Shown one piece after another: positions 30,698 to 39,894 of a DNA stretch of 64,000 nt (positions are counted from its first letter, which is position 1; each line of letters opens with the position of its first letter). The stretch lies in sequence record NC_006268.1; one strand, 5' to 3'. A model generated the notes under the pieces. The model ran no database searches, was not told where the DNA came from, and saw only the letters and a list, made by a program, of their open reading frames with translations. A program made the position numbers and the translations under genes.

Positions 30698-31198
30698 ATG
30701 AGTGAGATATCTCCATCAAATCCGCTACAACGAATCTCATCTAATTTCATAACAATCTTGCATAGTTTACCGCCTACATATCAGGCTGAGACAATACAAT
30801 ACATCAAAACGACGCTACTCAACAATGGCCTACAGCAAATTGTACCACAGTACCTTAGCCAATTAGTCCCCTCTACTACTCCAGCAGCTATTCTTTCATC
30901 TATCCAAAAAGAAATAACTACTGGACAAGGTGAGAAAATAAAAATACAACAGTTGCCAGAACTAGTAGAGCAAACGCAAAACTTGATTGAGCAACTGCCT
31001 TCAGTAATTGCAAGAACTCAACTGAGTGTTAAAGAAGCGCCTGCGGTTCTTGCAGCGATTATTGCTGTACCATACATTAAACAAAATATTTTACCAAAAG
31101 TGATCCAAACATCATCTAGTTCAGTAAAACAACTGCCTAGTGTGCTTGGTAATGTTGAGACTGAAGTGTTAACATCGCCATTAGTAATAAAGGGATGA
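30698..31198 (+). CDS. Hypothetical protein
   Basis: 166-aa ORF with a TATA-like sequence upstream. Confidence 0.75.
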   Translation: MSEISPSNPLQRISSNFITILHSLPPTYQAETIQYIKTTLLNNGLQQIVPQYLSQLVPSTTPAAILSSIQKEITTGQGEKIKIQQLPELVEQTQNLIEQLPSVIARTQLSVKEAPAVLAAIIAVPYIKQNILPKVIQTSSSSVKQLPSVLGNVETEVLTSPLVIKG

Positions 31199-31248
31199 AA
31201 GAAGAAGAAAAGAATTTTAAAAAAATCGAAAAATAGCTTTTTTTCTTA

Positions 31249-31623
31249 TTATTTCTTACCGAAGAAGCCTATTATATACTTCATTGCTACACCGATTGCT
31301 GCTAGTATTACTACTATTATTATAATTTCGAAGAGTGTTTGTGAGAAGGTTAACGTGAAGTTAACACCACTTGAGATTTTCGAAGTTATGTTACTATTTT
31401 GTGGTAATGTTGGGATTAATGTTCCTCCCAGTATACCTATTACGAAATATCCTACTATAATTAATACAATGACAAATACTGCAACCTTGGCAAGATTCAT
31501 GAAAGTATCGCTATCAAAATCTCCTCCTCCGCCGCCACCGTTTGATGATTTATAGAACCTTCCTAGCTTCTTTGCTACCTTTGCTGCTGCTCTATTATTG
31601 GCATTTATGAGCCATCCCACCAT
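31249..31623 (-). CDS. Hydrophobic helical-hairpin protein, candidate spindle-virus major capsid protein
   Basis: Basic N-terminal leader, Gly run, two long hydrophobic helices joined by a loop with NIT/NFT sequons, basic C-terminus; architecture of fusellovirus VP1-type capsid proteins. Confidence 0.6.
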   Translation of the reverse strand: MVGWLINANNRAAAKVAKKLGRFYKSSNGGGGGGDFDSDTFMNLAKVAVFVIVLIIVGYFVIGILGGTLIPTLPQNSNITSKISSGVNFTLTFSQTLFEIIIIVVILAAIGVAMKYIIGFFGKK

Positions 31624-31736
31624 CTTTTCTCGGTACTTTTTACATTATTCGAGTATAAAAAGACTCCTTAAACACATTAGCAACAGCTTAACGAGTCTTT
31701 TTATATCTCATTTTGAAAAAAGGTTATTGACCAAAG

Positions 31737-32171
31737 ATGGCAAGAGAGGAACCATACAAGGGCGACTACGTAGGAGGAGTAGCAAAGATATTACAAGGCT
31801 ATTTTGCAAACTATTATGGATTCCCCAACGTTTCATTAAGGTTAGCTGGTGAAGAGGCGAATCTTAGTAAAACTGGGCATGCTAATGCAAAAGCAATAGT
31901 ACATGAAATGATAAAAGTAATCAAAGAAGCTTCAAAACCATTAAGAAGGGGAAAAGGCTTCAAAGAGGCATGGGTATATTTCAGTCAAGTGCCAGAAAAT
32001 GCTCCACCTAACAGTACAGCATTACCACCAAACATTGCTCAGCAAGTAAAAGCGAAACTAGAAGCATTATATCAACAGTTACTAGCTACAAGAGCGGCTG
32101 CTAGTGAGGCAGCAAAAGCCCCAGCTTACACTAATCCAACTCCAGGCTTAACTATGCAGGCTAGTATGTAA
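31737..32171 (+). CDS. Abundant virion protein of the ATV p131 family (historically annotated as the major coat protein)
   Basis: N-terminus [15 protein letters not shown]...[15 protein letters not shown] matches my recollection of ATV p131 (EPKKGDYAGGAVKIL...GYPEVTLKLAGEEAN); 144 aa. Confidence 0.88.
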   Translation: MAREEPYKGDYVGGVAKILQGYFANYYGFPNVSLRLAGEEANLSKTGHANAKAIVHEMIKVIKEASKPLRRGKGFKEAWVYFSQVPENAPPNSTALPPNIAQQVKAKLEALYQQLLATRAAASEAAKAPAYTNPTPGLTMQASM

Positions 32172-32249
32172 AAGTAAAGCTAAAGTAATTTTTTTATATT
32201 CTCTTCTTCTCAAGGAGACTTTTTTACCTTTGCGATATTAAATTAACGT

Positions 32250-34472
32250 ATGAGATTCAGAATAAGATACTTATTCATGTTGGCCTTTCTAATCTTTATC
32301 ATTACAACGATTGCCTCTGCAGCTATCCAGCAGATAAACATCCTAGTCAACATTCCGCCATCTTTAACTGGAAACAACTTGTTTTTCGTCATTCCATTGA
32401 AGGTTAATAATAGCGTAATAACCAATAATAATTTTTATGTTATCAATAACTATGGCTATTATGAATACTCTTATCTTTTCTCATCCACTCCACCACTATT
32501 AACACTATACCAAGCACAAGCTACAAACACAACGTATTACGTTACGTTTGGAAACGGAATAACACCACAGTACGTTTCAACCAACATATACTCGAACCTT
32601 TTCACATTCTATCTAATAAACACTACAATTTTTAATGTAAGTGGTGTTACAGCAAGCGCTGGAATTGCGACTTTTGCGAATAACAGTCACCTATGGTTCC
32701 AACCATCTACATCCCGTTACATTCCGTCTTCAGTCCTATTCCTTTACAACATTTTACCGTCAGCAACCTTATCTGTTAGCCCATTAATATACTCTGGCCA
32801 ACCATTACAGGCTGGCGCTGCAGTATTCTTTAACCTATTTCAATCATCAACTACATACACGTTCTCAGCACAATACTTGAACGTACCTTACCTTTTCCTA
32901 AATTACATACAATATCCTACACTACAAATAACTAACAATCAGGTAGCAATCAACAATTTCCCACCAGTGCCAGTAAAGCCGGTCTCCGAAGTGATAGTAA
33001 CTCAAAATCAAACCATCGTGTCAAACGTTACCTTCCACACTACTCCAATTATCACACCTTCATCATCATTCTCAACAACTTATATAGCAGCTTTTGCAGC
33101 AATCTATTCTCAAACTGGTTCATCCGTTTATGGTTTAGCCCCACTCATCTTCACTCAATCAATGATAAATGGTTCTAACCTATACGCAGTAGAAAATGGA
33201 AAATTTGTAACTGTGGGTACTGCGCCCTCATCCTTATCCTTAGTCAACAATCCGCAAATGTTTGTAATAAACTTAGGTAATAATGCAAAGAACATAACAT
33301 TGTATGGAGTTCCAATAGGCTCTACAATTGCCGTAACGTATTCAAATAGTACAACTAAAACGTTTATTGCACAAGGGCAAGTAGTTAATAACGTTGGTCC
33401 ATTGAAGTTAACTAACTATGGTATTCCAGCTGGTAGTGGAATTACTACGATGGTAATCACTTTGCCAGGCTCTCAAGACATTTACACTGCGCAAATAGGC
33501 TTTACCGATTTTGTTCATGCTTTTTATGTGAATTTAACAAATGGTTTTGCAACCGTAGATGTTAATGGCACACAATTAGTTACACTTGGGCAAGTAGTTT
33601 TACCAGCAAATATTGTTATTGGAACACAGCAAGTTGGTTCAAACACTTACCTTCTTGGCCTTGTACAATCATACACTGGACAAGTTTATAATTTCTTAGT
33701 ACCACTAAACTATCCAGTCTATAACGTTGTACCTTACGTAAAATATGTGACATACACTGGCCAACCATTGTTATTAACTGAAATAGGCGTTTATCCAGCG
33801 AATGGTTTGTTCTACACTTTAAATGGACAAATTAAGCTTAGTGTTTCCACGCCTTATCCAATTACTGCTACAGTGGAAACAATAGTTACATCGCCTGGCT
33901 TAACGCTTTCGATTAATAATGGTAAAGTAAACGTTTATACTAATTCTTCTACATCTTCTTCAAACTTGGTAATAGAAGGGGCAAATGGTTACCAGCTACA
34001 GTTGATTTATCAAAACGTACAAACTACTACCCCAATAACATCAAACTACTACTCAGTTCAGATACCTTCAAATATGCCGGCCTTAGTTTCAGTTGATCCA
34101 TCATCAAGAGTTATTATTGTTAATGCTAATGCTATCCAGCAGCAACAGGCACAATACATTAACCAAAAAGTAACTCTAAACCAACCATTAAACGTGACAA
34201 TAGCCCAATTGCAAATTACACCAATAAAAGTACAATTGCCAACAGTTAGTACTAACCAAATAGTTCAAATTGTTACGAACTATGCCTATGCGGCATTTGG
34301 AATTTACTTGATAAATAGAAACCTTGAAATTACAAACACATTATGGTATGGTTCAATGCTCTTGAGTTTACTGGGATTCATTGTAGCTATAGTAATTTCA
34401 GACAAAGCATTAACAGCTATGTCATTGTTACTACTTGTAGTTAGCTTTGGTTTAAGATATATTGGAAAATAG
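32250..34472 (+). CDS. Secreted/membrane-anchored beta-rich glycoprotein, probable virion surface protein
   Basis: N-terminal signal-like segment, many N-x-S/T sequons, two C-terminal TM helices. Confidence 0.8.
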   Translation: MRFRIRYLFMLAFLIFIITTIASAAIQQINILVNIPPSLTGNNLFFVIPLKVNNSVITNNNFYVINNYGYYEYSYLFSSTPPLLTLYQAQATNTTYYVTFGNGITPQYVSTNIYSNLFTFYLINTTIFNVSGVTASAGIATFANNSHLWFQPSTSRYIPSSVLFLYNILPSATLSVSPLIYSGQPLQAGAAVFFNLFQSSTTYTFSAQYLNVPYLFLNYIQYPTLQITNNQVAINNFPPVPVKPVSEVIVTQNQTIVSNVTFHTTPIITPSSSFSTTYIAAFAAIYSQTGSSVYGLAPLIFTQSMINGSNLYAVENGKFVTVGTAPSSLSLVNNPQMFVINLGNNAKNITLYGVPIGSTIAVTYSNSTTKTFIAQGQVVNNVGPLKLTNYGIPAGSGITTMVITLPGSQDIYTAQIGFTDFVHAFYVNLTNGFATVDVNGTQLVTLGQVVLPANIVIGTQQVGSNTYLLGLVQSYTGQVYNFLVPLNYPVYNVVPYVKYVTYTGQPLLLTEIGVYPANGLFYTLNGQIKLSVSTPYPITATVETIVTSPGLTLSINNGKVNVYTNSSTSSSNLVIEGANGYQLQLIYQNVQTTTPITSNYYSVQIPSNMPALVSVDPSSRVIIVNANAIQQQQAQYINQKVTLNQPLNVTIAQLQITPIKVQLPTVSTNQIVQIVTNYAYAAFGIYLINRNLEITNTLWYGSMLLSLLGFIVAIVISDKALTAMSLLLLVVSFGLRYIGK

Positions 34473-34473
34473 A

Positions 34474-35124
34474 TCAAAAGAGAACTGGCCTTGCGCCAAG
34501 CAATGGCGCCCTATATAAGAAGAATGCTTTTGGTGCCAACAATATTAATTCAGCATCTCTTGTTGTTGGATCCATATACGCATAACCAAAAACTTCATAT
34601 TTTAACCTCCATTTTTCTTTATCTGGTGTGAAATAGGTTTCCATTGAAAATTGTGATGCTGGTGATGCTGTTTCTGTTAGCACACAATGCTGGCCTTGTA
34701 CTTCGTCACAAAGCGTGAAGAGTTTGCGTAGTATTCTTGGACTCTTATCTTTTTGCCTAAGTTTTTCTAACTTTTCTAGCGCAATATCTGAGAGATTTGC
34801 ACGTATATAAACTAAAACCTTTGCTGGCTCGTAATTTGCCAGAGTGTTAATAAATAGTGAAAGATTGATTGGTGTTTGCATACGCATTTTATACACACGT
34901 TTTAACTCCCCAGTTAAAATAAAACCGAAAGGTCTGGCCTCTTTTACCAGTGGTTTTAACAAATACAGTTTAGGTTTCGTGTAGGATTTCAAAATGTCAA
35001 CTGTATAGGGCAAGTATGATAATTTCGGCGTTAAGGTTGTTTTTGGTTTTGATTTTTTTGAAAAAATCATATTACTCATGCTCCAAAATTGTATATTTTG
35101 GATACTCTTTAGGTATTTTTTCAC
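34474..35124 (-). CDS. Hypothetical protein
   Basis: ORF; true start is probably downstream of the track start (MSNMIF, near the stop of 35072-35560). Confidence 0.7.
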   Translation of the reverse strand: MKKYLKSIQNIQFWSMSNMIFSKKSKPKTTLTPKLSYLPYTVDILKSYTKPKLYLLKPLVKEARPFGFILTGELKRVYKMRMQTPINLSLFINTLANYEPAKVLVYIRANLSDIALEKLEKLRQKDKSPRILRKLFTLCDEVQGQHCVLTETASPASQFSMETYFTPDKEKWRLKYEVFGYAYMDPTTRDAELILLAPKAFFLYRAPLLGARPVLF

Positions 35125-35560
35125 ATGGCACTACGTAAATACGTAAGAGATCTTCTAGTCTTGAATCATTCGTGGTTATTTTCGCAATTTGCTCAATCTC
35201 AATGCATGTTTCCCCTCCTTTATGGTCATTAGCAGTAGTATATGTAATTTTGATTATAACGTGATTTATATCCTTAAGAGGATATGATTTTACAGAAGTA
35301 ACTATAGCATCTTTTGGAATAGGATAAAGCGAACCAAGTCTACTAACAAGACCGCTAACTATCGTGAACTTGATAAGTTCACGTTCCCTTGGATCATCAA
35401 AAGCCTGTAAAAACAAGTGTAAATCGTATGTAAATACTCTTCCAGGGTTCTTGTCTAGTAGTAACACGTTTTTAAAAATTTGAACAATAAAAGTAATATC
35501 AAACGGAGACTTTTGACCTTGCATACTAGCCTTTCGTTCAGCTGTTGTAGCTTCTGCCAT
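35072..35560 (-). CDS. Hypothetical protein
   Basis: 162-aa ORF. Confidence 0.75.
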   Translation of the reverse strand: MAEATTAERKASMQGQKSPFDITFIVQIFKNVLLLDKNPGRVFTYDLHLFLQAFDDPRERELIKFTIVSGLVSRLGSLYPIPKDAIVTSVKSYPLKDINHVIIKITYTTANDHKGGETCIEIEQIAKITTNDSRLEDLLRIYVVPCEKIPKEYPKYTILEHE

Positions 35561-35589
35561 ACCTATTTATTATATCATTGAGTTTATAT

Positions 35590-35919
35590 TTATTGTGATT
35601 CTTGTCTTCTTATTGCAGTAGCTAAACCTAGCATAAAGAAGGCAGCTAAGAAAATGACAATAGTAATTACAATTATATTTAACCCTATACTCCCTTGTGT
35701 TGCAAATGCCTGTTGCTGATGTATTGCCTTATTATAATATTGCTCTCCTTCTGCTGAGATGTTGCCAGTAATTTGATAGCCAATTTTATCAAGAGTTGTT
35801 ACTTGTGAAAGCAGGAGATCAGCAACAAAGTATAATGTAGGGATAAAGATGGCTAGAACTATCAGTATCTTTATATAAACTGATGAGATCTTTGATGCAC
35901 TGTCGTCGCTGCCACTCAT
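35590..35919 (-). CDS. Two-TM hairpin membrane protein
   Basis: Start reassigned to ATG 35919 to remove the overlap with the divergent gene; two hydrophobic helices, NIS sequon in the loop. Confidence 0.75.
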   Translation of the reverse strand: MSGSDDSASKISSVYIKILIVLAIFIPTLYFVADLLLSQVTTLDKIGYQITGNISAEGEQYYNKAIHQQQAFATQGSIGLNIIVITIVIFLAAFFMLGLATAIRRQESQ

Positions 35920-35950
35920 ATTTAAAAGTTTGAAAAACAAAGTATTAAAT

Positions 35951-36349
35951 ATGATAGCTAAATCCAGTGGCTCATCACCACCATTTTCAACATTCAACGA
36001 CTCAGCACCACCATACTCAACGACAACGTATATACTTCTCCTTATCCTGGCTCCAATAGTAACATTATTGCTTTACTATTTATTTTCTACTATGATTCCG
36101 CAATTCCTCAAAGTAAATAATGAGTTGGCGACAGTATTATCAAATGTGACAAATAATACGGTAAACGAATATACTGTTGGTAATGTAACTGTTGAATATT
36201 TGAATGGAAGTTATAATAATGCAGTAAGCCCATTAGCAGTAACAGTGGCATTCTTTTCATATTTGCTGACTAGCCCATATACAATAGCAATACTGTTTGG
36301 TATTGCATTAATTTTCTACGCATTATTTTCAATTAAAAGAAGAGGCTAA
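35951..36349 (+). CDS. Two-TM hairpin membrane protein
   Basis: Start reassigned to ATG 35951; two hydrophobic helices flanking a loop with four sequons (NVT, NNT, NVT, NGS). Confidence 0.75.
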   Translation: MIAKSSGSSPPFSTFNDSAPPYSTTTYILLLILAPIVTLLLYYLFSTMIPQFLKVNNELATVLSNVTNNTVNEYTVGNVTVEYLNGSYNNAVSPLAVTVAFFSYLLTSPYTIAILFGIALIFYALFSIKRRG

Positions 36350-36382
36350 AGGCTTATTATTTTTTCTTTCCTATTTTTACTT

Positions 36383-36517
36383 ATGACGAAAAAAGATAAG
36401 GAAGAAGAACAACAAGCTACAAAAGCAACTGAGAGAGTGGTTATCGCAAGAGTAGATCCTCTACTGATTGTTAAAAGTTTAGAGGTTACTAAAAGTTTAG
36501 AACAGACAAAGGACTAA
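36383..36517 (+). CDS. 44-aa truncated duplicate of the N-terminus of 36549-37097 (not in ORF track)
   Basis: MTKKDKEEEQQATKATERVVIARVDPLLIVKSLEVTKSLEQTKD vs MAKKENEQQQAAKASEKSIVARLDPLLVARSLEQ. Confidence 0.6.
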   Translation: MTKKDKEEEQQATKATERVVIARVDPLLIVKSLEVTKSLEQTKD

Positions 36518-36548
36518 GATTTATTATTTTTATTTCCTAATTACAAAT

Positions 36549-37097
36549 ATGGCAAAAAAGGAGAATGAACAACAACAGGCTGCGAAAGCATCTGAGAAAT
36601 CTATCGTAGCAAGGCTTGATCCTCTCCTAGTCGCTAGAAGCCTAGAACAAGCAGTAATGTCTGCACGAGTTCCTACAGACAACCTGGTGGAAAAGGATTT
36701 ACAAGCCGCTAACCAACTTGTAGCAGCAGTTGCAAAGGATATCGAAGAATTGGTAAAGCCAGTTTACCTTGAAGGATGGCAGAGATTCTCAATATCTGCA
36801 TCAACGCTAGAGGCAGACTTCAGTAGAATACTTACATCGATTCTTGAGGTGTTAGAATCATATCTCATTGAAATAAGGAAGTACATTCAAACAAGACTAA
36901 GAGAGGCCCTAGAGGCAAGAGATGTTGAAAAACTAAGACAATATGGCTATATGCTAACCATTTTACAAAGGGCTATCGTCATCGCAGTTTATAACATATT
37001 ACAATCTATTGTAGGTAAAATAAAGGTCAACTTGCCTCTAACATATGGTTCACAAGAATACAATCACGCTGTAATTGGAGTTGCGCACTTAGACTAA
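36549..37097 (+). CDS. Hypothetical helical protein
   Basis: 182-aa ORF followed by a T-run. Confidence 0.8.
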   Translation: MAKKENEQQQAAKASEKSIVARLDPLLVARSLEQAVMSARVPTDNLVEKDLQAANQLVAAVAKDIEELVKPVYLEGWQRFSISASTLEADFSRILTSILEVLESYLIEIRKYIQTRLREALEARDVEKLRQYGYMLTILQRAIVIAVYNILQSIVGKIKVNLPLTYGSQEYNHAVIGVAHLD

Positions 37098-37233
37098 TTT
37101 TTTCGAACTTTTGAAACCATTTAATGCTTTATTTTTCACGTAATAAGTTCGAAGTTCCTGTATATAGCAAAAGTTAGAATTTCGAAAGTGAAAGTAGATG
37201 AGTGAAAACCTTTGGTAAATTTACTGAAGTCAT
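37095..37233 (+). repeat. 139-bp intergenic direct repeat, copy 1
   Basis: 6 mismatches versus 50622-50760; starts exactly at a TAA stop codon. Confidence 0.95.
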
Positions 37234-37256
37234 GATAATTCTGTAGATTTATAGAA
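37211..37256. repeat. Palindromic element with 10-bp spacer
   Basis: tttggtaaatttactgaa gtcatgataa ttctgtagatttatagaa. Confidence 0.8.
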
Positions 37257-37298
37257 CGACCTAGTTTATGCGGTAAAAAAGTAAAGTTTATTAAGAGA

Positions 37299-37535
37299 CT
37301 AACGATTTTTCTCATACAATACCAGCACTATGAAAATGCCAAAGAATCCTAAAATGGTAAATACAACGGTCCAAAAAGCATAAGGGCTTATTGAAGAGTA
37401 ATATGCCGAAGTAGAACCACCAGTCGCTTTCAAAACTGTTGAGTACATATCTTGTACTGCAATTGCAACATTTAAGATGATAATTGCAATTACTCCGAGT
37501 AAAACCATAGTCATGATAACATAAATGATATTCAT
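37299..37535 (-). CDS. Small two-TM membrane protein
   Basis: 78 aa, two hydrophobic helices; ATGA overlap with the upstream gene. Confidence 0.75.
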   Translation of the reverse strand: MNIIYVIMTMVLLGVIAIIILNVAIAVQDMYSTVLKATGGSTSAYYSSISPYAFWTVVFTILGFFGIFIVLVLYEKNR

Positions 37536-38158
37536 ATTTTTTTATCTGTCATCTGCAATTTTATTGCTTTCGCTCCAAATCTATACTTTGCAAGTATGAT
37601 GGATATCATTAAAATGTTCTCTGGAATCCCATCAGGGTACATAAATGGGAAGAACGGTATGTGTTGAATATCATATTTTGGTTTATGTATAGGTTCTTCA
37701 TCTACTGGGCAAATAGTACGATATTGTTTGTGTTTAATGAGAAAGTGAGTGATGAGATCGCTTAATTTTCTGACTGAATAGTCACAAACTGGGCAGAAGT
37801 AAGCTTCTGGGTTTGTGTTAAGCAACTCATCAAGGTTCAGGCTTGCCACTGTTCCAGCATGGTTCCTTCTCACCCAAATTACCAAACTTTTGTATGAAAA
37901 TGCTGGGATGTAGGCCTCATCAAACAAATATGTTAGAATGGCTTCCATTATAAAACGCTTATATTTTTTGTATTCACCAAAATCTGTTGTAAGCTCCTTT
38001 TCTATCCTTGTGAAATCTGGCGCTGAGTTATTTGAAATGTAGTATTTCAGTTTGTCTTCAAGGTACTTATCTGTCTTGTGATGTGTCTCAATTAGTATGT
38101 AATTATACTTTTTGTTGTACCTAACAATTGCTGGGATGTGAAGCTTCTTCAAAAACAT
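37532..38158 (-). CDS. C2H2 zinc-finger protein
   Basis: CPVCDYSVRKLSDLITHFLIKH, followed by a second partial knuckle CPVD. Confidence 0.8.
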   Translation of the reverse strand: MFLKKLHIPAIVRYNKKYNYILIETHHKTDKYLEDKLKYYISNNSAPDFTRIEKELTTDFGEYKKYKRFIMEAILTYLFDEAYIPAFSYKSLVIWVRRNHAGTVASLNLDELLNTNPEAYFCPVCDYSVRKLSDLITHFLIKHKQYRTICPVDEEPIHKPKYDIQHIPFFPFMYPDGIPENILMISIILAKYRFGAKAIKLQMTDKKI

Positions 38159-38199
38159 GTATGCTAGTAGCTCGCTTTCCTCTTTGTCAGTTTTAATTG

Positions 38200-38823
38200 T
38201 TATTTGAAATGTGCCTTGATGAATTCCAACACACCTCCTACAACTTTAAGCATCTTGAGCGAATAATCAAAAAAATAGTCTGCGCGTAAAGCCTCCTCAA
38301 GGTTTTTCTCATTCACATCAAATATTGACATTATCTCTTGATAAAGCATCGTGCCCCTAATACGCAGTAATAAAGCCTTAGTCTTCTCGATTATTACTTG
38401 GTATGCTCTCAGTTTTGCCAGGTATTCAGACTTCTCCTTGTAGACTGTTTCCAAGTGTGACAGGATGTTCGAGGCTTCATTAACAACTGCCTCAATGTTA
38501 TAATCACTCGTATCTACAGTATCAATAACTAAATTTGTAATTGCTGGATTATTAGAAAATAAGGCAACACATAATTTTATAACATGAGCACGCTGTACAG
38601 CTTTATCATTGGTGCTCTCAAGAACTTTCTTAGTTTTTTCAAATAATGGCCTTAAATGTGGGTATGTTGACAAGAATAGTAATAGGCTGTTGTAAACTGA
38701 TATTGGGTGAGAAGATATTGTTAAGTTATTACACATGTTTAGTGCGAGAGAGATAGCATCTTTTCGTTTATCAAGATCTTGCGGTGCTGCTTCAGGCAAA
38801 AGATAATCTAGTTCGTCACTCAT
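38200..38823 (-). CDS. Hypothetical protein
   Basis: 207 aa; ATGA overlap with the ParB-like gene. Confidence 0.8.
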   Translation of the reverse strand: MSDELDYLLPEAAPQDLDKRKDAISLALNMCNNLTISSHPISVYNSLLLFLSTYPHLRPLFEKTKKVLESTNDKAVQRAHVIKLCVALFSNNPAITNLVIDTVDTSDYNIEAVVNEASNILSHLETVYKEKSEYLAKLRAYQVIIEKTKALLLRIRGTMLYQEIMSIFDVNEKNLEEALRADYFFDYSLKMLKVVGGVLEFIKAHFK

Positions 38824-39806
38824 CTTTGCCCATCATCGCCATGACTTCTAATATTCTTCAAAACTTTTTTAGGCAATTCAGCTTCAAATACAGGCAGAAG
38901 GGCATCATAAAGTTGTTTTGGCAATACTACAATAGCGCCGTTTTTTGCCCTTTCTTCAATGCTAGTAATGTAATCATCAAGCTTTGCGATATTAATCAAT
39001 CTTGTCCTTTTCTTAAACTTCTTTACCTTTTCGCGCAACTTATTTTCCATTAATTCCTTCACAGTTTTCATATATTCGTCTTTGTCCTTGATTTGTGATA
39101 GAAGTAGCTTATACTTAGAAAAGAAAGATGGGCCATTCTGCAAAAGCAAATCTACGTCTTCTTTTGTCAACTTCTCGCGTACTGGTATAGGTATTGCTTT
39201 GGCCATCGCTGAAACGTTAGTGGGATAAAGGTTGTGGTATTTCAGATACTCGCTTAGTTTTCTGAAGAGGACTGGATATTTTTTGAAGTGTTTTATTATT
39301 AAATCAAAAGTTCTTACGCTTAAGTCAACATTAGTCTCTTCAAGTAGCTCTATAGTATCATGATATGGGAGATTTACCCTTTCTCTCAATTCTTGTAATT
39401 TAGAATAATATTCAAGCAATTGGCCCCTATCTATTGCCTTCCTAACGAAATTGACTGCGTAAGCTATTAGTTCTAGCTGATCTTCTGAACCATACACTAT
39501 TCTGACTGGGACCATTACTTTATCCCATTTCCCATCGTAAAGCTCACGTAATGCATAATATCTAACGTAACCATCAATTAATAGGAAACGATCTTTGCTT
39601 GTCTTATCTTCTGTTACGATGAGGGGTTGAAGAAGTGATTCTTTTTGTATGCTTTCTTTCATCTTTTGGATTTCATCTTCTCTTCTCGGGAAAAGCGTTG
39701 CAAACTTAGGATGCTCGAAAATGTACGATAAGGGAACGTTTGTTGAAACTGTGTTAGAAAGTATGTTAAGCTCCTTGAGTTTATCTAGCAATTCTACTGT
39801 AGCCAC
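38820..39806 (-). CDS. ParB/Srx-domain protein
   Basis: LFPRREDEIQKMKESIQKESLLQPLIV...FLLIDGYVRYYAL (GxxR motif), followed by a helical region. Confidence 0.85.
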   Translation of the reverse strand: MATVELLDKLKELNILSNTVSTNVPLSYIFEHPKFATLFPRREDEIQKMKESIQKESLLQPLIVTEDKTSKDRFLLIDGYVRYYALRELYDGKWDKVMVPVRIVYGSEDQLELIAYAVNFVRKAIDRGQLLEYYSKLQELRERVNLPYHDTIELLEETNVDLSVRTFDLIIKHFKKYPVLFRKLSEYLKYHNLYPTNVSAMAKAIPIPVREKLTKEDVDLLLQNGPSFFSKYKLLLSQIKDKDEYMKTVKELMENKLREKVKKFKKRTRLINIAKLDDYITSIEERAKNGAIVVLPKQLYDALLPVFEAELPKKVLKNIRSHGDDGQR

Positions 39807-39894
39807 GTGATGTTATTATGCTTTAAATGCTTAAATATTTGCCTCTGAAAAAAATGCAAAATATAAAGAAAAATTGTGAATTGAATTCACAAAA

